NCBI GenBank assembly: GCA_040954595.2 | Contig: CM082583.2 | Coordinates: forward strand, 2,365,060-2,429,059 | Source: Balanoglossus misakiensis | Lineage: Eukaryota; Animalia; Hemichordata | DNA length: 64,000 nt | Reading direction: 5' to 3' | Shown: positions 1-13,269 of the stretch, one piece after another | Layout: each line of letters opens with the position of its first letter | How positions within the stretch are numbered: the stretch's first letter is position 1 | Position numbers and translations under genes: made by a program | The notes under the pieces: model-generated | Told to the model about the DNA's origin: nothing | The model's database searches: none | Seen by the model: only the letters and a program-made list of their open reading frames with translations

Positions 1-1
1 A

Positions 2-804
2 TGCAAGAAAATCTGTACATCATTCCAGAGTGAAAAATGTGTCAATGCCAGGGAACTAGTACCTGATGATAAACCGCTTGTGTTGGTTATTGGAGCTATG
101 GCACACGGAAGGGTAGGTCTATCATGTATTCTAGATGTGATATATCTGGGATATATTCAAGGAGAGTACAAGAGGACACAGCAGACAGTTGTTCATTCAA
201 CTTCAGGGAGACCTGTAGTACAGTTTATTACTACGCATGCGCACACTACATCATCATGAATACATGCATATATTACACTAGAACTCCTTATTATGGTTGT
301 ATCTAAAGTATTAACTTCTGCAGTCCCAAATGATTTTGTACCAAGCATGGTAAATTCAGCTAGCAATGCTTTTATATGACAACTTTGCCGAATTTCAGAC
401 CTGATAGACCAACAAAATTGACTCAAAGACACCATGGAAAAATGTGTTGGTAAAAAAATGTGACTGAACATGGCCTTTTTTTGCAAAATGTTGACAGATC
501 CATGTGAGGGTCAAAATGTGTGCACATGAGAATATTTCTCAACATCGACTAGATATCACAGAAAAAAAGATTGTTATAGCAGATACTAACAGGATAAGGC
601 TGACCATTTTGAAAGGCCCTATGCCCATCACCATGAATGATTTGTCTCGTATCTGAAACCAATCTTTGAATTTTGTCTTGACCTTTTCAGGTATCTGTTG
701 ATTACACTGAGGAAGATGTTGCCATTAGCAACTACCCTTTATCAGCAGCATTGACATGTGCTAAAGTGTGTTCAGCATTTGAAGAAGTATGGGGTGTACT
801 TTAG
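2..804 (+). CDS. EMG1: EMG1/NEP1 18S rRNA pseudouridine methyltransferase, last two coding exons (5' part outside window)
   Basis: Exons 2..112 (CKKICTSFQSEKCVNARELVPDDKPLVLVIGAMAHGR, GT at 113) and 691..804 (VSVDYTEEDVAISNYPLSAALTCAKVCSAFEEVWGVL, stop TAG) match the conserved Nep1 C-terminus (GAxAHG...SNYPLSAALTCAK...FEEVWGV). AATAAA signals follow at about 827-904. Confidence 0.95.
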
Positions 805-1193
805 CAAGTTGAAGACATTTTTCTCAAATAAAAAAAGATGAAAATAAAAAAGATGATTTATTTCATGAATTTCTTATTGTATTGTCCTGTACTGTTGAAA
901 TAAAATACATTTACTGAATTAATGGCAAAGCTGTTTTTATTGCAGTGAGAAGGGCAATATTCTAATATCAGTGCAACAGTGCCAAATATTAAATGACGTA
1001 TGCTCCCTGCTTTCATTACATGGAGATGCAAGATCGATTCCTGTTCAAACCTTAGAATTAGAATTTTGACCAAAAAGAAAACATCATAGTAAAATATCGA
1101 ATGGCCAGACTGATCATTTTTGATTAAACATAATTGCCAGCTAATGTATAATTATCTTTAGTATCCCCCCAAAAGTATACACTCGGATGTTAA

Positions 1194-1642
1194 AGCCCCA
1201 TGAGCTGCAACGCGATAAAAATATGTTAAGCTTTAAATATCTTCAATAATCTTGGAAAGCCTTTAATTCCATCAATTAAATGATGTTACCTGATACTATA
1301 TCAAGGTAGCAGTTATTTTTGACAAAATGGCCACAAAATTGAAATATTCTACATCTGAAATTTTCCACAATTGTTAAAACTGAAATATTGCAATGAAAAT
1401 GCAATGCAATGTCTTAGTTAGTGAGTACATTTAATATGTTTTTTTGTGGATGAGATCATGCTTTGCAAACAGGAATGCAACGTTTTAATTGTATTTTACA
1501 TATACCCATGATGGCGGCCATATTTCTTTGCAATAAAGCTTTATTATGCTAGTATATACTACACTGCATACATCTGTTTGGGCAAATGGTTGTAAAGTTT
1601 GAAAAAAATGTAATAATCCTAAAAATTGCAGTTCATGGGGCT
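1194..1642. mobile_element. TTAA-target MITE (Kolobok-like termini)
   Basis: TIR AGCCCCATGAGCTGCAA / TTGCAGTTCATGGGGCT. Left flank is TTAA; the right flank TTA is immediately followed by a family-A MITE. Confidence 0.65.
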
Positions 1643-1645
1643 TTA

Positions 1646-2420
1646 GGCTGCATTCACAAACACCTCTGGAGGGGGGCAGGAGAATTGAGGGGGGTATTTG
1701 GAAAAAATTGAGGGTATGTAAGGGGGGGATTTGAAATAATTTAGGGACTGAAAGGGGGGGACTTGAAAACTTTGACGACTAAATATTTATTTTGAGTCCA
1801 CAAAAATGCAGTTTCGCGCCTTTTATTTTACAAAATTTTCTAAATTTTCACACCCACCCCCTCAATTCATCAACACCTTTCAATCATTGACTGGTTTATC
1901 TAGTGACCCAGGTCACAGGACTTGCCCCCACCCCATGATAACTTTGAGCGGCGACAGTTAAATTTGTCCTCCCCAACATACCGGTGGTTGAGTTAATTTG
2001 CTTTTGCCGCGTTCATTAAAATGCAGCTTTAAGCTCTGTATTTTATAAAAAATTTCTTACGTGGGAGGGGGACACCCCCCCCCCTAAACTCACCCCATTC
2101 AATTCTCGGTTTACAATGTCTCCCAACACAGAATGCAAATACTTAAAAAATAAAAACAATGTTCAGTTTTAATACCCACTGATGAGGGGAAACATCAGTT
2201 TCAAATTCTTTTCATGGGAGCGCTGTTTTTCTTTTTTACAAGATAGATAGGTGATGTGTTTTGCTGTGTGAAAGAAAATGGGGGGGGGGGATTTCAAAAT
2301 TTTGGCAGTTCGGAAGGGGGGGATTTCAAAATATTTCGGGTTGTATAGGGGGGCATGTGAAAATTAGCGGTAAAAAAAATTGAATTCTCCCGCCCCCCCC
2401 CCCCTCCAGAGGTGTTTGTG
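1646..2420. mobile_element. Family-A MITE (PIF/Harbinger-like), right end truncated
   Basis: Starts TTA|GGCTGCATTCACAAACACCTCTGGAG. Collinear with the copies at 23773 and 53283; the last ~9 bp of the right TIR are missing. Confidence 0.85.
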
Positions 2421-5111
2421 CCCCCCCTCCTCTGTGTCATGTCGGTACTGCATACCAGTACTTCACATTCTTGTGATAACCTCAAAATATGTTGCACAAC
2501 AATTACACCACAAAATTGGCAAAGTATTGCTGAAATAGTAATTTATTGACAGAATATTGTTAGCCTAACTCTTTACACAATGTTAATAGTCTATGACTTA
2601 CACATTCAGAACATACACTTTACACTAGACAGCAGCTACATGGTTTTCAATATTAAAGACAGGTACTTCACACCAAGGTACATCTAAACCAATGTTGTGT
2701 TGAAAATAAAATTATTTTCAGGCTAAAGTAAATGATGTACATGCCTTGTAAGTCCAAAATTGTACTATTTGAATCTTTTCACGAAAATGGATGTTGTATG
2801 TTAATTTCTGCAGAAACAAAAACTCAGTCAACCATTGAATCAAAATGTATTTGAATACATCTTGCCCTGTAAACATTAGAGTCTATCTGAAATGAGCGTG
2901 TTTATCAAATTTGTAATTATAGTGTAAATATACTGTTTTCTGGCATTCATTAACTGCAGAATCTTTAGTGTAGGATTTCCCTTAACACATCAAATTCCTC
3001 TGTGAGTGAACATATGATAGGAATTTTCTTACTCGGCTGTGACCTGCTGTAAAACACCATCACTTGTAGCCTGAGCCTGTAATCTCTTATGTTACTCCCA
3101 GCACGTAGAGTATGGAGGGTCTGTGTGAAGTCTTTCATACAGTGCGCCCTCTATAGGTGGCTACGTCAATATCCTTGAACAGGGGGGAGGGTGGTCTGAT
3201 TCAATTCCTCATTTCTTCAAACATGCTTTTGAAAAGTTACTCTGCCAACCAATTTATCAGTTTTTGGAAGATATGTCACGCAAGGTTAAATTACAAGACA
3301 AATGCAAAATTTACTCTCAATGAATGACAAACGCGTCTAGAACCATGGTCTCTTTGTGGGGACCATGACAGAGTTAAAATGAAGATGCCTGACTTTCACT
3401 GGCCATTAAATTTGTAATGATCACTTATTCAGCAGAGCTTATAAGCATGGTGTATGTTAGTATCATTAAAGTTATCCTCCTGAGAATGTATTATGGTATA
3501 TAAAGAATATAAATTGAATATCATTTTTTTATTGAAATACTGCACTTCTAGGGTCATTACAAATAGACAAGATTCAGGCTTGGAATGATTGACAATGACA
3601 TACATATTAAAATGTGAACATGCACATTGATGTCTGATTTTTAAAGCTATCATGTCTCCAACAATTACACTGTAGTTAATAATGAGCGCAGCCAAATTTT
3701 TGCCAATTAGGCGCATATTTCTTAGACATGATATCCATTTTACAACCTGCACATACCTTCTATTGTAAAAATCATCTTCTGAAGAAAGGAGAAACTACAT
3801 TTCCCCAATTCCCGTCAATTTTGCCCATGCCTCAAAGAGCAGGAAAAGAGTCTTTCAAAAGACAAAACTCTTTCACCCCAGCCCCATTTCCCTTTTTAGA
3901 GGTCCAACTCTACCACAGATAACAATGAATTTGGACCAAACCATAGCAGTGAAAGGGATAAATCAAGTCTCCCTTTGGATACATCATGGAAGTATTGTTC
4001 AAATGAAAACAATGATCATTGAATTAAAGTTCATCATTTGTCAAGTACATTAATGCCATACATAGAAACCTACATTTTATAATTAAATAATCTACAATAA
4101 CATATTGTGTTCTCAGGAAATAACATTCAGTGAAATTTCAAAAGATTAAAACAGCATGATAAAGCATCTTTTTTGTCCATCTGTTATAACCCTGTTAACT
4201 TCAGTAATGTAGAATCTGATTCCCAGTCATAAGAAACAAGAAATTCCTAACTATGTTTACAAATTTTAGTTTGCTGATTTCAAAATTTTCATGCAAAAAA
4301 AACATTTCCCCTTTTCACAATAACATGTATATATTTTGAATGGATTAAGGGTTCCTGAACCACAATAACATTTAACATTCCAGGACTTGCTGTCAATTTG
4401 GCCATTTGCTAGCAGATATTGTGTATAGTGAGTATAAACTGCACTGCAGCCTAATTCGTCACCAAATATGCCAAAAACTGGCCAGGCTGATCATTTGACT
4501 AACTTTACTACCGGTGTACCTCGTTGGAAATTTGTTGGGAGTTTTCGGCTGATAAGTATTATGCTTTGGAGGACTTTAACAGTGACAGTCAGTGGATATA
4601 TACGAGACTGAGCTACTAGTACATCAATACTTTACCTATAGCTCAAGTTAATTGACTACCCAGATGCAGTGTGTGTTTACTACATTCCATAGCCTTACAT
4701 TTTGTAGTATTTTGAGAAAACTGTGTCCCAATGTTGTCATTTTCTTGAAATGTTCACAAAAGGTGCCAAAAGAGAAGTATTATTAAAGGAGTCAGATCGT
4801 CTCATGCGCATGCACGTAATTTCGCTAACTAGATAGTGAGGATAAGTAGATTCTAGTTTTGTCCCTTCATTACACCCCATTTGCTGCCATGATCTTTTTC
4901 TGATCTCCGAGTGTCCGACATCGCGACACAGACTTTGGTCGCCGCCATCTTGTCCGTTGTTAGGGCAGTGCACTGCCTTATTGACTGTTCACAACGTCTG
5001 TAACCATGCAGAGGCTACATTGTGGAACATGTGTGAAAGACGACTGCATCCCGCTTTAAATGATAAAGAAACACCGTGTCACCGCGCTTAATTTTTTGAG
5101 CTCAAGCATTA

Positions 5112-6063
5112 GGGACCGTTCAGTTTTTACGGCCGGGGGGGTGGGGGGTGGGGGGGGGGGGACCGGCAAAATCCAGGGGGGGGGTCACTTAAATTTTGAA
5201 GTCCACAAGGGGGGGGGGGGGTCATCTGGTTTTTTTAAACGTTTAGGGGGGGTCACATACTTTTGCCACCGAACTTTTGCTTTTGAGTCTACAAAATTGC
5301 AGTTTTGCACCCTTTATTTAACAAAATTTTCACCCACCCCCTTCTTTCTCCGCCACATTGCATTTTTTGCTGGTTTGTCTAGTGTACCAGGGCAGAGTGC
5401 TTGCCACCCCAACCCCACCGATGATAATATTTAACAAAGTGAATACATAAAGGAGAATAATTGTTTAAACCATTTTGCATAACTGATAGTTTCGCACTGC
5501 ATCTTCTATATACTAGAAGTTTTATAAATAATGTCATGACGAAGATGACGCCAAATCTTCTAACTTTGAGTGGAGTGGCAAAAAGTAAAATTGGTCCTCC
5601 CAAACATTGAGATAATTTGCTTTTGAGTTCATTAAAATGCAACTTTGCGCTACATATTTTACAAAATTTTCTTATTCTGGGTGTGTCCCCCTCCCACACC
5701 CACCCCCTCCACTTTTCTTGTTTTACCGATTCTAGCAACTATTGTATTGACTTGTCATTTTAATTTGTTCATAGATTTCTTTATTGCAACAATATTATTA
5801 AATGATTCAATTACTTTAAGAAATTTATAATTGAGGTGTGAGGAGCCTCTTTCCCTTTATTGCATACAGTGTACATAGGATCAGGACGGCGAATGTTTTC
5901 AGCGTGGGGGGGGGGGGGGTCATCATATTTTTGGGTCTGTCAAAGGGGGGGTCATCATTTTTTGGTCCTGGTTGAAGGGGGGGTCGGTCTGATTTTGAGA
6001 ACCGATGACACAAACTTGCCGCCCCCCCCCCCCCCTCCCCTGCCGTAAAAACTGAACGGTCCC
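5112..6063. mobile_element. Family-B MITE (PIF/Harbinger-like)
   Basis: TIR GGGACCGTTCAGTTTTTACGGC / GCCGTAAAAACTGAACGGTCCC, TTA TSD on both sides, subterminal poly-G/poly-C runs. Confidence 0.9.
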
Positions 6064-6733
6064 TTAGGATTTCAAGAAAAGTGCTGACTCGGCATTTACT
6101 ACAACATTTTAGTCCCCCTTACTGAACAAGCAGGATGGGAACACCCCGTTTTCTCTCTATTTAAGTATTTTTGTATTTAAAATTCGTCGATATACATGAA
6201 TATATTAATAAAGAAAATGACAACATTTTAAATTTTGAGTAGACAACTACCTTAAGCAAGTTTGACTAGAGAAAAAATTCTCAAAGTCAACAATTTAGTT
6301 TACTAAAATATTGATAAAACTCTAATTCTCAGTGCCTAGTTTTCACAGTTCTCTGGCATCACTCTAATTTTTTTAAATATATGTGCTTCCAGAAGTAGTT
6401 AATTATTTATTTCATTTATAACATTCCAAAGTAGTATTTGTTATTGACTTTTGAAAATTGTCTGCTAACAATCAATATTTGAAGCAACTTCGGTAGACTT
6501 ACACAGTATATGATCTTGATTACTGATTTCATGGAGTACATGTATCTCAACGGTATAAATTCACTGACTCTAGCTTGAAAGATCTGTCTAGTAAAGCCAC
6601 CATATTTGATTACTGCCAACATTGACAGTTGTTGAATATTGTTAAAAAGTGATGCATGAATCATGGAAACACAGGACAACAATGTACATGAATGGACATT
6701 AAATGATGAACAATGGTTGAATATGCCTTAATT

Positions 6734-9700
6734 TCACCAATGTGCATTGTTATTCATTGCTGTCTTTTGTATAAATGATTCGTGACTGGCAAATAATTTC
6801 AGTTGACTACAAATATCAGTCCACATGACATCACCAGCATCGTCACCAGCATGCAGTTGAAATTTTCCGACGCTGTTGCCAGATATATCATGGAAGTTGA
6901 CTGCCACAGTTTCCATCCAGGCATTGTCCGTATTCCTGGGATCATCCACATATCCTCTGTAAACCTACATGGAAAGTAGAATGCAAATGATAATATTAAA
7001 GCCCCGCACTTCAATCTTCTACAGCTATTACTACAAATGTAGGCATATTTTTAATCAAAAAACTATTTCAATGTTCTCTCATCCTTAATTGACAAATATC
7101 ACCATTAATTATTTGTGGTGATTCTAATACCCATGTGTGCATACCAGGATAGTGTGTAATTTTGTATTGGGAAGCTGAATAAACATGTGTGGCACATGTT
7201 TATTGTTTTAGATTCTTCACATTTAAATGAACAGCCACAATCACAGGTTGATAATACAATATTAGCTTATTTATAGCCCAATCAAAGTTTGAAAATAATC
7301 TAAAAGAGGCTTTAAAATCATTATAATGCAGCAGACTAACTTGGAGCCCCAAAAACTGCAACCCTCCTCATGACAAAACTGAAGTGTGTATAGAAGAAAT
7401 ATTAACCACTGATTGAGACTACACATGGAAGTTTTAACATGACAGGTTAAAGCCTAAATGTAGTCCTGGCAGTGGCTGGATCTAAACGTTATCAAAACAC
7501 TAGAGGAGTTCATATCACGAACTACAAAAACGGTCAAAGTTTCTATCAAAATGGCACCTGGTAGCTACATCAATTGATCATATTATGATGATTTGGATTT
7601 AACCATGATGGTGAACGGGTGAGAGTCATTACAAGCACACATAAATGCTCTTTCACTTATACTTCCTGTGAAAGTGAAAAACTTGCCAAAATGAATAATC
7701 GGTCTCTACCATTTATTCATTTTGAGCGAGTTTTTACTCTCATATCATACAAGCGGGATGGAAGTTGTGTGTGGTCGACTCACTCATGTACATTAACTTA
7801 ACAGGTGTCTTGTATCAAACATAATTAATGAAAAAAGGGCAGCGAGAGAGAAACTTTGTCCCTTTAATGCAGTTTGTTCTGTTGAAAGAGCCATACCTCT
7901 CGACCACATCTGAACAAATCCGCAACCGATTTTTCGATTGATTTCTTCTCAGCTTCCGTTGCTTCCATTGTATTCAAGGTCTCTTCACCAAATTCTCGTT
8001 TCAATGTGGCAGACGCAGTGTCACCAGCATCAACCATTCCCTGTTCGAATACATGAAATGTCATTATTTACTTGACTTCACAAACATGCTGAAGTTTACA
8101 CAAAATTAGAAGAGTTCAATTTTGCTGTTGACTCTGACATGTGAAGGAGAAATTTCTCTCTGATTTATAAGTGGAAATACACCAACATTTTTTTATCTTT
8201 CGGAGTATAATAGGGGTGTCAAAATTGCAATATTCTAAAGGATTCATTCACTTTCACTTCCTGCATACAGAGCCAGCAGCTATCTTTGAGTTGAAAGTAT
8301 AAATATTAAATAAAAGTGATATTTTTTTACAACTGGAAATGACATAGTGACTTGTGTTGTGGATACATCAGAGATCAGAAAGGATGAAAATCACCATTGT
8401 CACTACTGCATGTAGAATCACTTTCTGTACTGGAGTCACTTTCATCCTCTCTCACTTCACCCTCTTGATACCATAGATGGGGATCTCTAGCTTGAAATTG
8501 TAACCTACTACATGTACTTAAACTCCTTTTGGCATATTTTTATCATAGATTGTGCATGACCTTGTTTTGAACTTCGTCCTGCAGCCAGTGATGCCACAAG
8601 TCAACTACGACGTCACTTGCAGTTCCTGTACTTTTTTTGGACATCAATACCTCTGCTATGCTTTTAATACATGAGTCGGGGAAACCATCATTTTTCATCA
8701 AACTTTTTCACCACATTCCATAATATTAACTCTAAAAGAGTGGGTAACATTCCCCTGTAATTTTTTGATGACATTTCCATAACATAATTTTTGTAGCTGT
8801 TTTTAATAACAAGCAGCACTTTGAAAGAAAGAAATCCCTTACAGACGAAAAACACGCCTCAGAAACAGTGCTGATTGGCACAAAACCTGTCATCACACAG
8901 TAAAAAGTCTATGATGTCCAGCTTTGAGATCAGCATGCATACTAGTATTGATTGAATTTGATAAATAATGTCATTTAAGTTGATCCTACCCCAGGTATGG
9001 CCCACTCTCCAGTATCACGCCTCTGGACTGACACAAACTGTAGGATTGGTTTTTGACTTTTCTGGTCTTTTAAGACATTGCCATGTACATCTCTTTTCCA
9101 TCTAAAATAAATGTAAAGAACACGAACCATTATATAGCGATGAAATTATGATGATAATGTGATATCCCATATCCACACACTTCAGTGAAATCCTGCAAAG
9201 AATGAATCACTCGGCAAACCCCATTAGACTAGAGATGACAGATGCTAGAGACTTGTACATGTAGATAATTGGTGAAGTCAAAATGAATGATAAACTTCTT
9301 GGTCGTTGCCTTGTTAAAGTTTTTCAAGATGTACTGGTGAACTTGTGGATTGTGTTCATCATGAAAGAACTGTGAAAATGTGAATAATATGGCACTCGTC
9401 AGGGCCAAAAATAGCCAGTGGCGTTCCACACAGACAGTACGTTCTTGTGAGCCTTCGGATCAGCATCAATGTCATCAGCAATACAAACAGGTAATATTGG
9501 GCATTTACACTGTATTAACAAATGTGTTAGCACACTTAAAGTTTAGCCATCATTTCAATAATTGTGCCAGGCTCAAAACTTGCTAACACTCCCTTATAAA
9601 AATGAATGTTAATATGAAGATTAATATCAAGCATCATAAGTCATTTAAAAAAACTATTTCTTACCGGGTTACAATAGGATCAGCAGCATGGTTAGGTCCC

Positions 9701-12700
9701 CATTTTCCCAGCAAACCTCTGCCTTTCATTCCTGTTCTACCACGTGGATTCCTAGACACAATTAATACAGAACAGATAAATTTTGAGTCTTTTCCAACTT
9801 CTCTCCTTATCTTCAGTAAAGGGGAATTAGCCGAAACTTATGGTTACACATTCAGTATTTTGTTTGTGTGCATCAAATGCAATTTCTTGTTCTACTCAAA
9901 ATATCTGGTTACTATACCCGGTATTCAACTTGTCAACATAGGCCGTATGTGTGTAATGGCCATTGTTATAGTTGACTAATTAATTCTGGTCAACTTGAAT
10001 TCATATTTTCCACAATAACAATGCTAACTATAGACATTTAGGTTGTGTTAATTAAGCAATAAAACACCCCCAGCCATGGTATACCTAGCGATTTTGACCA
10101 GTTCAACTCCATATACGCACTCGCTATCGCTCGTGCGTATATGGAGTTGAACTGGTCAAAATCGACACTAGCGTACGTTAGCAGCGGTGATCAAGTCAGA
10201 TTTTCTACGGCATGGCTTGGATAAAGCCCCGGCACTCCAGTATATTGAAACTTTGCATAAAACATTTTAAAAAGGCATTTTCTTTGACTATGATATATGG
10301 CTGTGGTATATGGCTAATACCGGTATATCACGGTCACGTGTCGTGTCTCGACCAATCAAATAGCGTGATTTACACCATCAATATACTGGTATAATATAAT
10401 ATTGGATACGTGGCATTTCATTCTACTTTAAGGATTTTAACAAGAAACGCAGTAGATAAACAAAACAAAAATATACAACAAATAAAGCAAAACCTTACAG
10501 CCAAAGGAGGGACAAAGTCTCTCTCTCGCTGCTCTTTTTCATTAATTATGTTTGATACAAGACACCATTTATGTTAATGTACATGTGGATATAAAGTGAA
10601 TCAACATTCGACAATACACAACTTCCATCCCACTTGTAGACACGACAGTGAAAGACTCGCCAAAATGAATAATCAGTCTCTACTGTTTATTCATTTTGGT
10701 GAACTTCTTACTCTCATATCCTACAAGTGTGATGGAAGTTGTGAGTGGTCGAACGTTGATTCACTATATATGTAGATAACATAAACGGTGTCTTGTATCA
10801 AACATAATTATTGGAAAAGGGCAGAGAGAGAGAGACTTTGTCCCTTTAAGGTTAATGTTGTTAAGTCAGAGAAGTAATGTACAGACATCTTTTCAAGGTA
10901 CAAGCTACCTCATAATCAACTGTCATGTCATTGCAACTCCAGAATTCCTAAATAATTATGCAGAATATTATGCACCCAGTAACAGTTGAATGTGAATATA
11001 AGGAAAATTAAAATTAAAACCACCATTGAACAGAAATCACTCATTCACTTGTACACAATTTAACTGTTATGAGCACTTTCAGAATTCACAAAGAATTGTG
11101 CTTATACCTACCTTGGCACTCCATCTATAACTTCATAATTTCCCATGTGACTTTTCCTGTTGACTTTGCCATCTTTTTGATTGAAATGAAGTTTTCGACT
11201 TTCATCGGACCTGTATTGAAAGGATTAAATAGACTGATCACTTCCACAGTATTGATAGAAACGAAAATATTTCAATAAAAACGTATGGTTTATACTTTTG
11301 TACATTAATTTATTTTGAATAAAACTGTTCAAGGTCCTATGCAGTCAGTATTTGCCCTTTATAAATATACATGTACACACATTGCATGACATAAGGTCAA
11401 ATCCAATGACATAGTCAGAGAAGTCAGAATTACAGTGGCCCCATTTTTGAATCACAGCGACCCAAATAAATTCACTTTCCAAAGATGGAATTATCAGCAC
11501 ACTCACTGTTAATAAATGATCTAGATCAAATTTTCTATATGTAGTGGTTGTACCAATCTAACTTCTAAGGCACTGCCAATGATAACCATGTGCTAGAAAC
11601 TATCTCTCAGCAAAGTGAACATGTGGTTTCACAGAGTACATGCAGAACTTTTAGTACAGAAGTGTGTCATCGAGATTTTTTCTTCCCTACTAACTCATGT
11701 TGTCAATTTTTTTGGCATATAATGATCATCACACTCCACTTCACAAAATGGGAGTGCCAATTTAAACGTTCACTGTAACTTGTTGCTATATTTTCAGTAT
11801 TTTTGTTTTGTTATTTTTTGTGGATTCGTGTTCTAATTCCTAAAACATGGTGAAATACCCAGCATTAGGTTAGGCCAAATAAAAAAATATGTGCTGTACC
11901 GATTACCCAACCTACCCTAAAAGTTTAGCCTGCCGACCCTAAACTTTTTAGAGCTTCGTAAACCGGAAGTAAAAATAAACAATGTCAAATATGCAAAATT
12001 TATGAAAATTGTGAGAACTATGACGTCATTCATCTACACTACAGCGGCTAAAGATATAAAAAAATTGCAAAATAAAAAAATTTCCCAACCTACCTACCCT
12101 ATTTTTGAAAACCATGTAATCGAAACAGCACATATTATTTTTTGTTGGCCTTATCAACACAACCTATGTGTTTACTCAGCATTGTAATTGTGACAAAATT
12201 AAATTCAAGTCCAGAATAGTCCACAATAACAATGGCTGTTAGGCACTTGTATGCTATGTTGACAAGCGCAGTACTGCATTTGATAATGATACATGTACAC
12301 AGAACAAAAATATTCATTGGAAAAAATAGTCCAAAGTTACAGCTAATGTCCCTTTACGGTGTAGTACTAAAGTACAAAATGACAACCCTGATGGAGACAT
12401 GATATAAAAGGACTTACCTGATTTCTGGGTCTGCCCACACAGGCTCCTCTGCAACTATAGGGGCTGTGTAATCAATGGCAGTGTACGAAATAAAGCCTGT
12501 CCGACAGTCCGAGACTGGTTGTTTTTCTGTAGGACTGGTAAAAATGAAATGTTACCAGTCCGACAGACAGGTTGAATTTAGCGTGGGAGTTGACCAGTGG
12601 TATCATGGCATCTTTTAGACTTTCCCCAGTTCATGTATTGCAAATAAAAGAAACAATGATGTAAAAGCTTGAAAATTATCAAATCAAAGTAATGTAAAGA

Positions 12701-13036
12701 GAAAGATGATTCCATCCCATCTTCAATTGTTCACAGATAAGGTAATAGCTTCTCAGTTGTATTTGAATTTTGATTACATTTAGTTGTAATGCATAATATC
12801 AGGACTGGTAAGTTTTTGGCAGGACTGGCAACTTTTTGAAGTTGCCAGTCCTGGTGACTAGTTGATATTTCCTACGAATTTTGAACACTGTCAATGGGTT
12901 GATAATCTGGCCAGTCAACATCCCAGGAAACTTTGTCATCTGGGACTAGAAATCTCTCCACACCTCCTGAGGCTGGATACACTTTATCCCTTGCCTTGAT
13001 ATGTAAGGCCAACTTTCCAGCATGTAGACTGGACAT
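6734..13036 (-). CDS. NUDT9: NUDT9 ADP-ribose pyrophosphatase (Nudix); coding exon interrupted by a MITE, possibly a null copy
   Basis: Minus-strand exons: 13088..12418 (split by insertion 12479-12890; [29 protein letters not shown]|[17 protein letters not shown]), 11210..11112, 9751..9665 ([29 protein letters not shown]), 9101..8990 ([23 protein letters not shown]), 8040..7897 (Nudix box [20 protein letters not shown]), 6964..6734 ([34 protein letters not shown]). Splice sites are GT-AG and phases are compatible. The start codon is uncertain (13036 or 13141); a probable 5'UTR exon has its donor at 13226. Confidence 0.93.
7672..7867. mobile_element. Partial copy of the AGGGACAAAGT TTAA-MITE family
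   Basis: Ends GAGAGAGAAACTTTGTCCCTTTAA and shares internal sequence with 10509-10848 and 25107-25368. Confidence 0.7.
10050..10400. mobile_element. Non-autonomous repeat with internal hairpin (possibly Crypton-like)
   Basis: TTAAGCAATAAAACACCCCCAGCCATGGTATACC start, also present inverted at about 22217-22283. Internal hairpin CGATTTTGACCAGTTCAACTCCATATACGCAC...GTGCGTATATGGAGTTGAACTGGTCAAAATCG. The superfamily is a guess. Confidence 0.55.
10509..10848. mobile_element. AGGGACAAAGT palindromic MITE (TTAA target, Kolobok-like)
   Basis: Long inverted arms AGGGACAAAGTCTCTCTCTC...GAGAGAGACTTTGTCCCT|TTAA. Confidence 0.8.
11873..12150. mobile_element. Harbinger-like MITE (GGCCAAA termini)
   Basis: TTA|GGCCAAATAAAAAAATATGTGCTGT...ACAGCACATATTATTTTTTGTTGGCC|TTA. 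Confidence 0.85.
12479..12890. mobile_element. 412-bp MITE with 7-bp TSD inserted in a NUDT9 coding exon
   Basis: TSD TCAATGG at 12472-12478 and 12891-12897; TIR CAGTGTACGAAAT / ATTTTGAACACTG; repeated GGACTGG/CCAGTCC subterminal motifs. CA..TG ends fit a P-like or hAT-like element. Confidence 0.92.
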
Positions 13037-13269
13037 TTCATTCACAACTGGACTGTGGCCCAGTAAGCTAAGGCCCCACAGAAAAAATCTGTAATTTAAG
13101 TAATGATAGGTTAGGTTAGAGCTGTTATGCTTCTGAGTCATCAACGTGCTAGCCACACCCTGGCATTAAAGTTAAATATATCAAAATTATTTTGTCTTTA
13201 AAGGTATACGGTCACCTCCAACTTACATACGCCCATATATGGCAGAAACGGCATATTTGAGAGTTCTAA

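Noticed and set aside
5060-6048. Gly/Pro-rich ORFs (also at about 56180-57635 and 58610-58887)
   Set aside because: They arise from poly-G/poly-C tracts inside MITEs.
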